Shown here: in pieces, positions 1 to 12,738 of the stretch
Position numbering within the stretch: position 1 is the first letter of the stretch
Layout of the letters: the number at the start of each line of letters is the position of its first letter
Source of the DNA: Planctomycetota bacterium
GTDB taxonomy: Bacteria; Planctomycetota; GCA-002687715; CAIWVZ01
Direction: 5' to 3'
DNA: 64,000 bases
Assembly (NCBI GenBank): GCA_044222185.1
Contig: JBGANV010000002.1
Location: forward strand, 32,001 to 96,000
Notes under the pieces: generated by a model
Told to the model about the DNA's origin: nothing
Seen by the model: the letters and a program-made list of their open reading frames with translations, nothing else
Database searches by the model: none
Translations under genes and position numbers: made by a program

Positions 1-297
1 CGCGGAGCCGCCGGGCAAGCCCGACACGGCTGCGAGCCGGCCGTTGCGGTCGACGGGGGCAGGTTTGCGGGCTCCGCCTGAGCAACCCGGTCGCGCCGAC
101 ATCACGCGTGCACTGCGGAGCATCACGGGCGGGGACTCGGCAGGAACCGCCCGCTGCGACGCGGTCGCCCGCCGGGCCACGCTCAAGTCACTCGCGGAAC
201 CGGACGAGGAAGGCTCAGAGGCCAGGGACCGCCGCGCGGGTGCCCGCGAGGGCCCCGGTTCCATTCGACGACGGAACCACGTCACACCGCCCAGTCA

Positions 298-3081
<2,784 letters not shown>

Positions 3082-3123
3082 CTGGGGCGGAGCACCGTCC
3101 CCCACCGCCGTAGAATCGGCGTC

Positions 3124-6100
3124 GTGTCACGCGCCGCAAGCCCACTGTCGAACTTCCACCCCGCCGTCGCGGAGTGGTTCCACGCGTCGTTTCCGTCGGC
3201 GACGCCCGTGCAAACGCAGGGCTGGCCGCCGATCCAGGACGGGCGCTCATCGCTCCTCCTCGCTCCCACGGGCTCGGGCAAGACGCTCGCCGCGTTCCTC
3301 GCGGCGATCGACAAGCTCATGTTCAGTGATGAGCCCCCAAAGGACCGCCGTTGTCGAGTGATCTACGTCTCGCCGCTGAAGGCCCTGGCCATCGACGTCG
3401 AGCGCAACCTGCGCGCGCCGATCGCTGGAATCGCGGCGGCCGCCGCTCGACGCGGGGACGTTCACCGCATCCCACAGGTCGTGATCCGCACGGGCGACAC
3501 GCCGGCGGCGGAGCGGGCCCGCATGCGCCGGGCGCCGCCCGACATCCTCATCACGACACCCGAGTCGCTGTTCCTCATCCTCACGTCGCAGGCGCAAGCG
3601 ATGGTCGCGGCCGTCGAAACCGTGATCGTCGACGAGATCCACGCCGTGGTCGCCACGAAGCGCGGCTCCCACCTTTCGCTGTCGCTCGAGCGGTTGGAGC
3701 AGGCGGCCGAGCGCGAGACGCCGCTCCAGCGCATCGGGCTTTCGGCGACGCAGCGACCGTTGGAGGAGGTGGCCCGGTTCCTGGGAGGCGGCACCGTCCG
3801 CGGGAAGCGCGGCCGGTGGACGCCTCGTCCCGTCGAGATCGTCGACGCCGGCCGGAAGCGGTCGGTCGAGGTCACGATCGAAGTGCCCGTGGACGACATG
3901 GGCAGTCTCGGTGACCTCGTCGACGTCCCATCGGGCCCGGCCGCCGCCGGGCCCAAGGCGCGATCGATCTGGCCCTCGATCCATCCGCGCGTCCTCGAGC
4001 TCATCCGCGCGCATCGCTCGACGATGGTCTTCGTGAACAGTCGACGGCTCGCCGAGCGACTGGCAGGCGCACTGAACGAACTCGCGGGCGAGGAACTCGT
4101 CCTCGCGCATCATGGCTCCATCTCCCGCGAACGCCGCACGGAGATCGAGGATCGCCTCAAGCGAGGCGACCTCCGCGGCATCGTCGCCACGTCGACGCTC
4201 GAGCTGGGCATCGACATGGGCGCCGTCGACCTCGTGATCCAGGCGGAGGCGCCGCCGTCGTCCGCCTCCGGTCTGCAGAGGATCGGCCGCGCGAGCCACC
4301 ACGTGACCGGCACGCCGAAGGGGATCATCTTCCCCAAGTTTCGCGGCGATCTGCTGGCGTCGGCGGCGGTCGCTCGGCGCATCACCCGGGGCGAGGTCGA
4401 GGAGACGATCTACCCGCGACACCCGCTCGACGTACTCGCTCAACAGGTCGTCGCAGCGGCGTGCGTTCGCTCCTGGCCGACGGAAGAGCTCTTCGATCTC
4501 GTACGCCAGGCCGCCCCGTTCGCGGAACTCCCACGATCGTCATTCGACGGCGTGCTCGACATGCTGTCGGGTCGATACCCGTCCGACGAATTCGCGGAGC
4601 TTCGGCCTCGCATCGTCTGGGATCGGGTGAAGGGAACGATCCGAGCGCGAGACGGTGCCCAGCGCGTCGTGCTCGCGAATGCCGGAACGATCCCCGATCG
4701 CGGTCTGTATCCCGTCTTCCTATCTGGCGACGATACGGGCAAGAGTCGCCGCGTCGGCGAACTCGACGAGGAGATGGTGTTCGAGAGTCGGGCCGGCGAC
4801 GTCTTCCTGCTGGGCGCGTCGTCCTGGCGCATCGAGGAGATCCACCACGATCGTGTCCTGGTGTCGCCTGCTCCCGGCGAGCCAGGTCGCATGCCGTTCT
4901 GGATCGCGGATCGACCCGGGCGACCGGCGGAGACCGGTCGGGCCATCGGCGCGCTCACGCGCGAGCTGGCCGGGCTTTCGGAGCGCGAGGGCATCGACAG
5001 GCTGGAACGCGATCACGGTTGCGACGCGCGCGCGGCGCAGAACCTCGCTCGTTACGTCCTCGAACAGAAGGAAGCGACGGGTGAGGTGCCCTCCGACCGC
5101 GCCATCGTCGTCGAGCGGTGGCGCGACGAGATGGGTGACTGGCGCGTCTGCGTCATGACGCCGTTCGGCGCACGAATCCACGCGCCGTGGGTCACCGCCG
5201 TGCGCACGCGATTCGAAGCGCAGGAGGGCGTCACCATCGACGTCATCTGGTCGGACGACGGCATGGTGTTCCGTGTGCCCGAACTGGACGCGCCTCCGGA
5301 CGTGGCGGCGCTCTTCCCGGCGCCGGACGAGGTCGAGGATCTCGTCATGCGACACCTGGGCGAGACGGCGCTCTTCGCGGCGCGATTCCGGGAGAATGCA
5401 GCGCGCGCACTGCTCCTGCCTCGTCGACACCCGGGCCGGCGTGCCGCGTTGTGGCACCAACGACGTCGCGCCGCCGACCTGCTGGCGGTCGCCTCGCGCT
5501 TCGGCTCGTTCCCGATCCTGCTCGAGAGCTACCGCGAGTGTCTTCGCGACGTCTTCGACCTTCCCGGGCTCACGGACCTCATGCGTCGGGTGCAACAGCG
5601 GTCCATCCGCGTCGTCCCCGTGGACGTGACGCGCCCGTCGCCCTTCGCGTCGTCGCTGCTCTTCACGTACGTCGGCAACTTCGTCTACGACCGGGACGCT
5701 CCGCTCGCCGAGCGACGGGCGCAACTCCTCACGATCGATCAAGCGCAGCTGCGCGAGCTGCTTGGCGAGGAAGAGCTCCGCGAGCTGTTCGATGCCACCG
5801 TCATCGACGAGCTCACCGCCGAGCTTCAACGCATGGGGAGCCGCGGGGCGCGCTCGGGAGACGGCGTGTGCGACCTGCTTCTGGCGATCGGCGACCTCAC
5901 GATGGACGAGCTCCGTCAGCGCACTCTCGAACCCGAGTCGATCGCCGCCTGGGTCGAGGCGCTCGTGGCGGAGCGACGGGCGATCCCGGTGACGATCGCG
6001 GGTGAACGCCGGCTCATCGCCGCCGAGGATGCCGCGCGGTATCGCGACGTCCTGGGCTGTGCCATTCCCCAGGGACTTCCCCAGGCGTTTCTGGTCGCGC

Positions 6101-7614
6101 CCACCGACCCCGTCGGTGATCTCGTGAGCCGTTTCGCGCGCACGCATGGGCCGTTTGCCATCGAAACGTGTGCCGCGCGACTGGGCCTCGGCGTGGCCCC
6201 CGTCCGTGCGGCCCTCGAACGCCTGCGCGACGCCGATCGCATGCTCGAAGGCGAGTTCCTTCCCAACGGCCGCTCCCGTGAGTGGTGCGACGTGGGGGTG
6301 CTCCGCACGATCAAACGGCGCTCACTCGCACGGCTGCGCAAGGAGGTGGAGCCCGTCGAGCCCGTGGCTCTGGCCCGTTTCCTCCACGCATGGCACGGGC
6401 TCGACCACGTGCGCCGCGGCGCCGATGCGCTGATCGAGGTGATCGAGCAGTTGCAGGGCGCGGCGCTTCCGTTCTCGACGCTCGAGCGCGACGTCTTCCC
6501 GGCACGCATCGAAGCCTACCGGCCCGCGGACCTGGACCTCCTCTGCGCGACCGGGGCCGTCGTCTGGCGGGGGATCGAGCCACTCGCGCCGTCGGACGGA
6601 CGAATCGCCCTCTTTGCCGCGGACGCCGCCCCGCTCCTGATGCCGCCGCCGGGCGAGGCGGAAGGGCCGCTCGCGAGGAAGATCGTGACGGCGCTCTCCG
6701 ACGGCGGTGCACTCTTCTTCCAGGATCTTCTCGCCCGCGTCGGCGGGTTTGGCGGCGACGTCGTGCGGGCGCTGTGGGATCTCGTCTGGGCCGGGCTCGT
6801 GACGAACGACACGCTCGCGCCGCTGCGAACGGTGCTCGGTGGAACGGTCTCGCGGCATTCGCCCGAGCAGAGGATCCGCGCCCGCTTCCTGCGGGGACGT
6901 CGCACGGGTCCGCCGGGGTCGGAGGGGCGGTGGTCGCTCCTCGTGGCCGGTCGGACCGAGAAACCTCCCTCGGAGACGGAGCGTCGCACGGCGCTCGCGC
7001 GCCAGCTCCTCGTTCGACACGGCGTCCTCACGCGTGAAGCGGTCCAGACGGAGGCCGTCGCCGGCGGATTCTCGTCCGTCTACGGAGTGCTCAAGGCCAT
7101 GGAGGACGCGGGACAGATCCGCCGCGGACGCTTCATCGCCGGACTCGGCGCGACGCAGTTCGCGCTGCCCGGTGCCGACGATCGGTTGCGCCAGGCATCC
7201 TCCGACCCCGACCGGACCTGGGTGATCGCCGCATCCGACCCGGCGAACCCCTACGGCGCCGTCGTACCCTGGCCCGAGCACGGAGAGAGCCGTCCCGAGC
7301 GTCGCGCCGGCGCCCACGTCGTCCTCCGCGACGGTGCGCTCGTCGCATGGATCGGACGCCACGCAACCGACCTCATCACGTTCCTGCCCAAGTTCGAGCC
7401 CGAGACGTCGCGCGCCGCACGTGCGCTGGCCGTCGCGCTGGCGACCTTTGCCGGGAGTCGGTTCGGGCGCGGCACCTCGCTCGCGACGATCGACGGTGGC
7501 TCGGCAGCCACGTCGGTGCTTGCGCCCCACCTGCGGGCCGCCGGCTTCCAAGCCACATCCAGCGGCTGGGTCCTGCGCGCGCAGCCGCGCGCCTCCGAGT
7601 CCGCCGATGCCTGA
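3124..7614 (+). CDS. lhr: Lhr-family SF2 ATP-dependent helicase, full-length form with C-terminal HTH_42/glycosylase-like domain
   Basis: APTGSGKT, YVSPLKALA, ILITTPESL, VDEIH, RIGLSATQRP, ATSTLELGIDMG, QRIGRASH, GELDEEMVFESR; C-terminal ASDPANPYG motif; 1496 aa; followed by nei. Confidence 0.95.
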   Translation: MSRAASPLSNFHPAVAEWFHASFPSATPVQTQGWPPIQDGRSSLLLAPTGSGKTLAAFLAAIDKLMFSDEPPKDRRCRVIYVSPLKALAIDVERNLRAPIAGIAAAAARRGDVHRIPQVVIRTGDTPAAERARMRRAPPDILITTPESLFLILTSQAQAMVAAVETVIVDEIHAVVATKRGSHLSLSLERLEQAAERETPLQRIGLSATQRPLEEVARFLGGGTVRGKRGRWTPRPVEIVDAGRKRSVEVTIEVPVDDMGSLGDLVDVPSGPAAAGPKARSIWPSIHPRVLELIRAHRSTMVFVNSRRLAERLAGALNELAGEELVLAHHGSISRERRTEIEDRLKRGDLRGIVATSTLELGIDMGAVDLVIQAEAPPSSASGLQRIGRASHHVTGTPKGIIFPKFRGDLLASAAVARRITRGEVEETIYPRHPLDVLAQQVVAAACVRSWPTEELFDLVRQAAPFAELPRSSFDGVLDMLSGRYPSDEFAELRPRIVWDRVKGTIRARDGAQRVVLANAGTIPDRGLYPVFLSGDDTGKSRRVGELDEEMVFESRAGDVFLLGASSWRIEEIHHDRVLVSPAPGEPGRMPFWIADRPGRPAETGRAIGALTRELAGLSEREGIDRLERDHGCDARAAQNLARYVLEQKEATGEVPSDRAIVVERWRDEMGDWRVCVMTPFGARIHAPWVTAVRTRFEAQEGVTIDVIWSDDGMVFRVPELDAPPDVAALFPAPDEVEDLVMRHLGETALFAARFRENAARALLLPRRHPGRRAALWHQRRRAADLLAVASRFGSFPILLESYRECLRDVFDLPGLTDLMRRVQQRSIRVVPVDVTRPSPFASSLLFTYVGNFVYDRDAPLAERRAQLLTIDQAQLRELLGEEELRELFDATVIDELTAELQRMGSRGARSGDGVCDLLLAIGDLTMDELRQRTLEPESIAAWVEALVAERRAIPVTIAGERRLIAAEDAARYRDVLGCAIPQGLPQAFLVAPTDPVGDLVSRFARTHGPFAIETCAARLGLGVAPVRAALERLRDADRMLEGEFLPNGRSREWCDVGVLRTIKRRSLARLRKEVEPVEPVALARFLHAWHGLDHVRRGADALIEVIEQLQGAALPFSTLERDVFPARIEAYRPADLDLLCATGAVVWRGIEPLAPSDGRIALFAADAAPLLMPPPGEAEGPLARKIVTALSDGGALFFQDLLARVGGFGGDVVRALWDLVWAGLVTNDTLAPLRTVLGGTVSRHSPEQRIRARFLRGRRTGPPGSEGRWSLLVAGRTEKPPSETERRTALARQLLVRHGVLTREAVQTEAVAGGFSSVYGVLKAMEDAGQIRRGRFIAGLGATQFALPGADDRLRQASSDPDRTWVIAASDPANPYGAVVPWPEHGESRPERRAGAHVVLRDGALVAWIGRHATDLITFLPKFEPETSRAARALAVALATFAGSRFGRGTSLATIDGGSAATSVLAPHLRAAGFQATSSGWVLRAQPRASESADA

Positions 7615-8395
7615 GGGCGACACGATCCTCCGCACGGCACGCACGCTCGCACTGGCGCTGAACGACGTCGTCGTGCGCGAGGCGAGAAGTCCGCTACCGG
7701 ACGTCGACGCCGAGAACCTGCGAGGGCGGCGCGTGATCTCGGTAGAGGCACGCGGCAAGAACCTCCTCATCCATTTCGAAGGCGACCTCTGTCTGCATTC
7801 GCACATGAAGATGACGGGGTCGTGGCACGTCTACCGGCCGAACGAACGCTGGCGCAAGCCCGAGCGACTCGCGCGGATCGTCCTGACGACCGATGCCTAC
7901 GTCGCCGTGTGTTTCTCCGCACCCGACGTGCGCCTGATGAGCGAGCAACGGCTCGCGCGCGACCCGGCACTCGCCACTCTCGGGCCTGACGTCCTCGGTA
8001 CGACGTTCTCTCCGGCGGACGCCGTACGCGGGTTGCGTGCCGTCGGCGACCTCCCCATCGGCGAGGCGTTGCTTGCGCAGAGCGCCCTCGCGGGGATCGG
8101 CAACATCTACAAGAGCGAGGCGTTGTTCTCGTGCCGGCTCGACCCATTCGCGAAGGTCGCCGATCTGGACGATCCGGCGCTCGAGCGTCTCGTGAAGTCC
8201 GCACGGCGGCTCATGTCGAAGAACCTCGTAGGAGGCCAGCGGACGACGAGCTCTCACGTGGGTTCCCGCTACTGGGTCTACCGGAGAAGCGGCGAGGCAT
8301 GCCTCGTCTGCGGCGCGATCATCGCCATGCGCCGCCAAGGAGCCCTCCTGCGCTCCACCTACTTCTGTCCGCATTGCCAGCAGCCGGGCGTATGA
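7607..8395 (+). CDS. nei: Fpg/Nei-family DNA glycosylase/AP lyase
   Basis: True start ATG 7607 gives MPEGDT (catalytic Pro2-Glu3); RGKNLL, HMKMTGSW, H2TH LAGIGNIYKSE, zinc finger CLVC...CPHCQ; overlaps lhr stop. Confidence 0.93.
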   Translation: MPEGDTILRTARTLALALNDVVVREARSPLPDVDAENLRGRRVISVEARGKNLLIHFEGDLCLHSHMKMTGSWHVYRPNERWRKPERLARIVLTTDAYVAVCFSAPDVRLMSEQRLARDPALATLGPDVLGTTFSPADAVRGLRAVGDLPIGEALLAQSALAGIGNIYKSEALFSCRLDPFAKVADLDDPALERLVKSARRLMSKNLVGGQRTTSSHVGSRYWVYRRSGEACLVCGAIIAMRRQGALLRSTYFCPHCQQPGV

Positions 8396-8405
8396 TCGCG
8401 CACCC

Positions 8406-8816
8406 ATGTTCGAGGTCTTCGATCACACGGCCGACATCGGCCTGCGCGTCCGCGCGCCCGACTTCGCCGCCGTGCTGGCGGAAGCTGCCCGCGGGATGTT
8501 CACGCTCATCGCCGCGGACTTGGGCCCCTATCGAGTGACGGTGGAGGACGACGTGGTGATCGCTGGCCGCGACCGCTCCTTCCTCCTCCTCGATTGGCTC
8601 GACGACCTCCTGTTCCGATTCGAGACGCGGCGGATCGTCTTCGTCAAATTCGACGTGCACGTGACCGACGCGGGAATCACGGCCCGGATCGGCGGCGAGC
8701 CCGTCGACCCGACGCGACACCGTCTGGGGCGCGAGGTCAAGGCCGTGACGTACCACGAGCTGGACGTCCGGGACACGGTCGACGGCGTGGAAGCGACCGT
8801 GATCTTCGACATCTGA
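8406..8816 (+). CDS. Archease (RtcB activator)
   Basis: N-terminal FDHTADIG, C-terminal EVKAVTYHEL...VIFDI; directly upstream of rtcB. Confidence 0.93.
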   Translation: MFEVFDHTADIGLRVRAPDFAAVLAEAARGMFTLIAADLGPYRVTVEDDVVIAGRDRSFLLLDWLDDLLFRFETRRIVFVKFDVHVTDAGITARIGGEPVDPTRHRLGREVKAVTYHELDVRDTVDGVEATVIFDI

Positions 8817-8826
8817 GGGAACGGTG

Positions 8827-10290
8827 ATGGGCAACGAAGTGTATGACGGACCACTGGAGCAGATCGACGAGTGCGCGTGGCGCATCCCCAAGTCGTATCG
8901 GCCAGGGATGCGCGTCGATGGGATCATCTTCGCGACACGCGAACTCCTCGAGCAGGTCCGCAAGGATCAGGCGCCCCAGCAGGTCGTGAACGTGGCGCAC
9001 CTCCCGGGCATCCAAGTGGCGAGCTACGCCATGCCCGACATCCACTGGGGATACGGGTTCCCCATCGGCGGAGTGTGCGCCACCGACCCCGATGAAGGCG
9101 GGGTCGTGTCGCCCGGAGGTGTGGGATACGACATCAACTGCGGCGTTCGGCTCCTGCGGACGAACATCCAGCACGAGGAGCTGAAGCCGTTCATGTCGCG
9201 TCTCGTCGAACGGATGCACGCCGAGATTCCCACGGGGGTCGGCAAGGGTGGGAAGTACGCGTTCGACGGGACGAAGCTGCGCGCGATGATGTCGGAGGGA
9301 TTGCCGTTTCTCCGCGACCGCGGCCTCGCGACGGAACGGGACGTCGAGCTGACGGAGGCAGGTGGGCGGATCCCTGGCGCCGAGCCGGGGTCGGTCTCCG
9401 AGCGCGCGCTCGATCGGGGATTCGACCAGTGCGGCACCGTTGGATCCGGCAACCATTTCGTCGAGATCCAGGTCGTCGATCGGATCGAGGATCGGAAAGT
9501 CGCCACGGTTTTCGGGCTCGAGGTCGGGCAGATCTGCGTGCTCGTGCACTCGGGGTCGCGCGGGCTGGGTTATCAGGTCTGCGACGACGCGCTCCGCGAC
9601 CTGCGCGACGTTCCGAAGAAGTACGGCATCGAGCTGCCCGATCGCCAGCTCGCCTGCGCTCCCGTGAAGAGCCCGGAGGGTCAGAAGTACCTGGGCGCCA
9701 TGCGCGCCGCGGCCAACTTCGCGTTCTGCAACCGACAGCTTCTCGGCTGGCAGGTTCGCGAAGTGTTCGCCCACGTCCTCGGAAAACCGTGGCAGCAACT
9801 GGGACTGGACGTGCTCTACGACGTCGCGCACAACATCGCGAAGTTCGAGGAGCACGCCGTCGGCAGGAAGCACAAGACGCTCTGCGTCCATCGCAAGGGT
9901 GCGACGCGCGCGTTTCCGCCGGGACACGCCGAGGTGCCCGAGTGCTACCGGGCCGTGGGCCAGCCCGTGATCATCCCTGGCGACATGGGTCGTGCGTCGT
10001 GGATCCTCGCAGGCCAGCAGGGCTCGATGGAGCGGAGCTTCGGGACGACGTGTCACGGTGCGGGCCGGCAGATGAGTCGCACGGCGGCCACGCGGTCCGC
10101 TCGAGGCCGGGACATCGCGGACGAGTTGTTGGCGCGCGGCGTCATCGCCTGCGCCAGCAGCCGCGACGGTCTCGCCGAGGAGCAGCCCGACGCCTACAAG
10201 AACGTGGACGACGTCGTCGAAGTCGTGCACCGCGCGGGTCTGTCGCGGCGCGTGGCTCGGTTGCGGCCGCTGGGAGTGATCAAGGGCTGA
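8827..10290 (+). CDS. rtcB: RtcB RNA 3'-phosphate/5'-OH ligase
   Basis: MPDIHWGYGFPIGGV, GYDINCG, GSGNHFVE, VHSGSRG, YDVAHN, HRKGAT, PGDMG, CHGAGR, EEQPDAYK; start ATG 8827 or GTG 8824. Confidence 0.97.
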   Translation: MGNEVYDGPLEQIDECAWRIPKSYRPGMRVDGIIFATRELLEQVRKDQAPQQVVNVAHLPGIQVASYAMPDIHWGYGFPIGGVCATDPDEGGVVSPGGVGYDINCGVRLLRTNIQHEELKPFMSRLVERMHAEIPTGVGKGGKYAFDGTKLRAMMSEGLPFLRDRGLATERDVELTEAGGRIPGAEPGSVSERALDRGFDQCGTVGSGNHFVEIQVVDRIEDRKVATVFGLEVGQICVLVHSGSRGLGYQVCDDALRDLRDVPKKYGIELPDRQLACAPVKSPEGQKYLGAMRAAANFAFCNRQLLGWQVREVFAHVLGKPWQQLGLDVLYDVAHNIAKFEEHAVGRKHKTLCVHRKGATRAFPPGHAEVPECYRAVGQPVIIPGDMGRASWILAGQQGSMERSFGTTCHGAGRQMSRTAATRSARGRDIADELLARGVIACASSRDGLAEEQPDAYKNVDDVVEVVHRAGLSRRVARLRPLGVIKG

Positions 10291-10376
10291 CGTCGCGGGC
10301 TCGGCGACCTGGCCCGCGCCGCGTACACTGAGGCCTCGTCCGACCGTCAGCGTGCGGTCCGACTCGGAGCCCACAC

Positions 10377-11165
10377 ATGCGGAAGCCGTCGATCGTCGCG
10401 TTCGCGCTCGTTCTCGTCGCCCTGGCGTGGCTTGCTTGCACCACGGCGCCCTACACGGGCCGCAAGCAGCTCGTGCTCCTGACGGAATCGCAGGAGACGC
10501 AGATGGGGCTCGAGGCCTATCAGGAGGTCAAGTCCACGTCGAAGCTGTCGCGGAACGCGGCGTGGGCGGACATGGTCAAGCGTGTCGGGGCGCGCATCCA
10601 GGCCGTGGCGGATCGGCCCGACTTCCAGTGGGAGTTCAACCTGATCGAGGACAAGACCGTGAACGCCTTCTGCCTGCCGGGCGGCAAGGTGGCGTTCTAC
10701 GAGGGCATCATGCCTGTGTGCGCGACGGACGCGGGCGTGGCGGTCGTGATGGGGCACGAGGTCGGCCACGCGATCGCCCGCCACGGCGGGGAGCGGGTCT
10801 CGCAACAGATGCTGACGCAGGGAGGCACGGAGATCGTGAGCGCGATCCTGGGTCGCAAGGACCCTGCGCTCGCGGATCAGGCGGCCGGCATCCTCGGTGT
10901 GGGCGCGAAGGTCGGGGTTCTCCTCCCCTTCAGCCGTGCCCACGAGAGCGAGGCGGATCACATCGGGTTGATCCTCATGTCCAAGGCGGGCTACGACCCG
11001 CACGAAGCTCCCAAGTTCTGGCAACGCATGCTGACCGCAACGGGAAGCGGCGACCGTCCGCCCGAGTTCCTCTCCACTCACCCCGAGCCGGACACGCGCA
11101 TCAAGCAGCTGAACGACTGGATGCCCGAAGCGATGAAGCACTACACCGGCCCCGCCCTCAAATAA
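10377..11165 (+). CDS. M48-family zinc metallopeptidase lipoprotein
   Basis: Lipobox-like WLAC; NAFCLPGG, HEVGH (HExxH), FSRAHESEAD, FLSTHP. Confidence 0.9.
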   Translation: MRKPSIVAFALVLVALAWLACTTAPYTGRKQLVLLTESQETQMGLEAYQEVKSTSKLSRNAAWADMVKRVGARIQAVADRPDFQWEFNLIEDKTVNAFCLPGGKVAFYEGIMPVCATDAGVAVVMGHEVGHAIARHGGERVSQQMLTQGGTEIVSAILGRKDPALADQAAGILGVGAKVGVLLPFSRAHESEADHIGLILMSKAGYDPHEAPKFWQRMLTATGSGDRPPEFLSTHPEPDTRIKQLNDWMPEAMKHYTGPALK

Positions 11166-11362
11166 CGGGAGCGCCGGGCTCCGGCCCGGCCGGTTCGGCA
11201 GGGCTCCAGCCCTGCCGCGAGAACGAGGCCGCGTATCGCATCGCACGGCCACCTCATGCGGGACGCGGCGGATTCGAGGCGCCCGAACTGCAATCCGACG
11301 CCAGCCTGAATTCGCGGCGGGGCGGAGCCCCGCCGGTCCGGCCGCGCGGAGCGCGGCGCTCC
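11161..11362. repeat. REP/MITE-like palindromic element, copy 1 of a ~200 bp direct repeat
   Basis: Near-identical to 11481-11682; imperfect ~50 bp terminal inverted repeats starting GGAGCGCCG, each with two short hairpins. Confidence 0.85.
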
Positions 11363-11480
11363 GCCGTTCGCCTTCGCAACGCACCGCGAGAACGTGGTCG
11401 CGCATCCCATCGCGCATGCCAGCCCAACGGAACGCGTCGGATCCCCGGTACGCACGCTTCGGAGCCACGCCGGTCCCGCA

Positions 11481-11682
11481 AATAGCGGGAGCGCCGGGCT
11501 CCGCCCCGGCCGGTTCGGCAGGGCTCCAGCCCTGCCGCGAGAACGAGGCCGCGTGTCGCATCGCACGGCCACTTCATGCGGGACGCGACGGATTCGATGC
11601 GCCCGAACTGCGATCCGACGCCAGCCTGAATTCGCGGCGGGGCGGAGCCCCGCCGGTCCGGCCGCGCGGAGCGCGGCGCTCC
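11481..11682. repeat. REP/MITE-like palindromic element, copy 2
   Basis: 320 bp downstream of copy 1, differs by a few substitutions; both lie between convergent genes. Confidence 0.85.
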
Positions 11683-11712
11683 TTCACCAAGGCCGCGCCG
11701 AGTGCGGCGACT

Positions 11713-12678
11713 CTACAGCCCCGCGAGCACCTCGCGCAGGCGCGCGTCGAACACGGTCGAATCCTCGAGCATCGGGAAGTGCCCGAAACCATCGAGGATC
11801 ACGGCGTCATACGACCGGGCGTAGGTCTTGTTGCGCAACACCTCGGTCTTCGCCGAGTGCAACGTGTTGATCACGCGGATCGGCACGGGGCAATCACGAA
11901 ACGCGGCACGGGCGTCGTAATCGAGGAAAGCGCGGATGACGCCGGCCGCGACCTCCGGCGCCGTCTTCAACGCTCCTTGCTTCACGAACCCGACGAGTGC
12001 CGGATTCGATCCCCGCGGGAAACCGCTCCCGACGACCGCATCCACGGTCCCCGCGAAGTCCTTGCTCAGCGATTCGATCAACGGCGAGAGCTTCTCCGGC
12101 GTGTAGACGATCTCCGCGTCGTGCAACGCCTCGACGCCGACGACGGCCCGCATCCGGTCGGGCATCCTTGCCGCCGCAAGCAAGCTCACGGGACCGCCCA
12201 TGGAATGTCCGACGAGGATCACGTCGCGGAGACCGAGCTTCTCGACGACGGCACGCACGTCCTCCGCGAACGACGCCAGCGTCCAGTCCTTGCGAGTCTT
12301 CTCCGATTCCCCATGGCCGCCCAGGTCGATGCATACGACCTGGTGAGTGAGCGAGAACACGTCCATCTGCACGCCGAAGTGGCGGCGGTCGCACCACGCA
12401 CCGTGGATGAACACGAGGGGCGGGTCGCCGTGACCGCGGACGTCGTAGACGATGTCGAGGCCGTCGGCCGACGACGCATGGCCGGTCACGAGTGGATAGT
12501 CGTCCGTGATCTTGCCCCGCTTGCTCGTGGACACGCAGGCCGTGATGACGAGCCCGGCGAAGACGCACACCGCAAAGGCCAGACGTCGTGAGGACGTCCC
12601 TGCGCGATGCACGAAGGGCGGGAGAAGGGGTCGTTCCGGACGCCACGGTCGAATGTCGTTCATGTCTGGTTCCGCCAC
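11713..12678 (-). CDS. Alpha/beta hydrolase, probably exported or a lipoprotein
   Basis: FIHGAW, DLGGHGES, nucleophile elbow GHSMGG, GHFPMLE; hydrophobic segment ending LVITAC; start uncertain. Confidence 0.88.
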   Translation of the reverse strand: MAEPDMNDIRPWRPERPLLPPFVHRAGTSSRRLAFAVCVFAGLVITACVSTSKRGKITDDYPLVTGHASSADGLDIVYDVRGHGDPPLVFIHGAWCDRRHFGVQMDVFSLTHQVVCIDLGGHGESEKTRKDWTLASFAEDVRAVVEKLGLRDVILVGHSMGGPVSLLAAARMPDRMRAVVGVEALHDAEIVYTPEKLSPLIESLSKDFAGTVDAVVGSGFPRGSNPALVGFVKQGALKTAPEVAAGVIRAFLDYDARAAFRDCPVPIRVINTLHSAKTEVLRNKTYARSYDAVILDGFGHFPMLEDSTVFDARLREVLAGL

Positions 12679-12738
12679 CGGGCCCTTGCGCCGAACGGCG
12701 GCGGCATCGTACTCAAGTCCCCAACCGGGAACGCCCTC

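Noticed and set aside
11161-11682. CRISPR array, or coding ORFs across the repeat
   Set aside because: Only two ~200 bp units, no short repeat-spacer periodicity, no cas genes; overlapping ORFs are R/A/P-rich shadows
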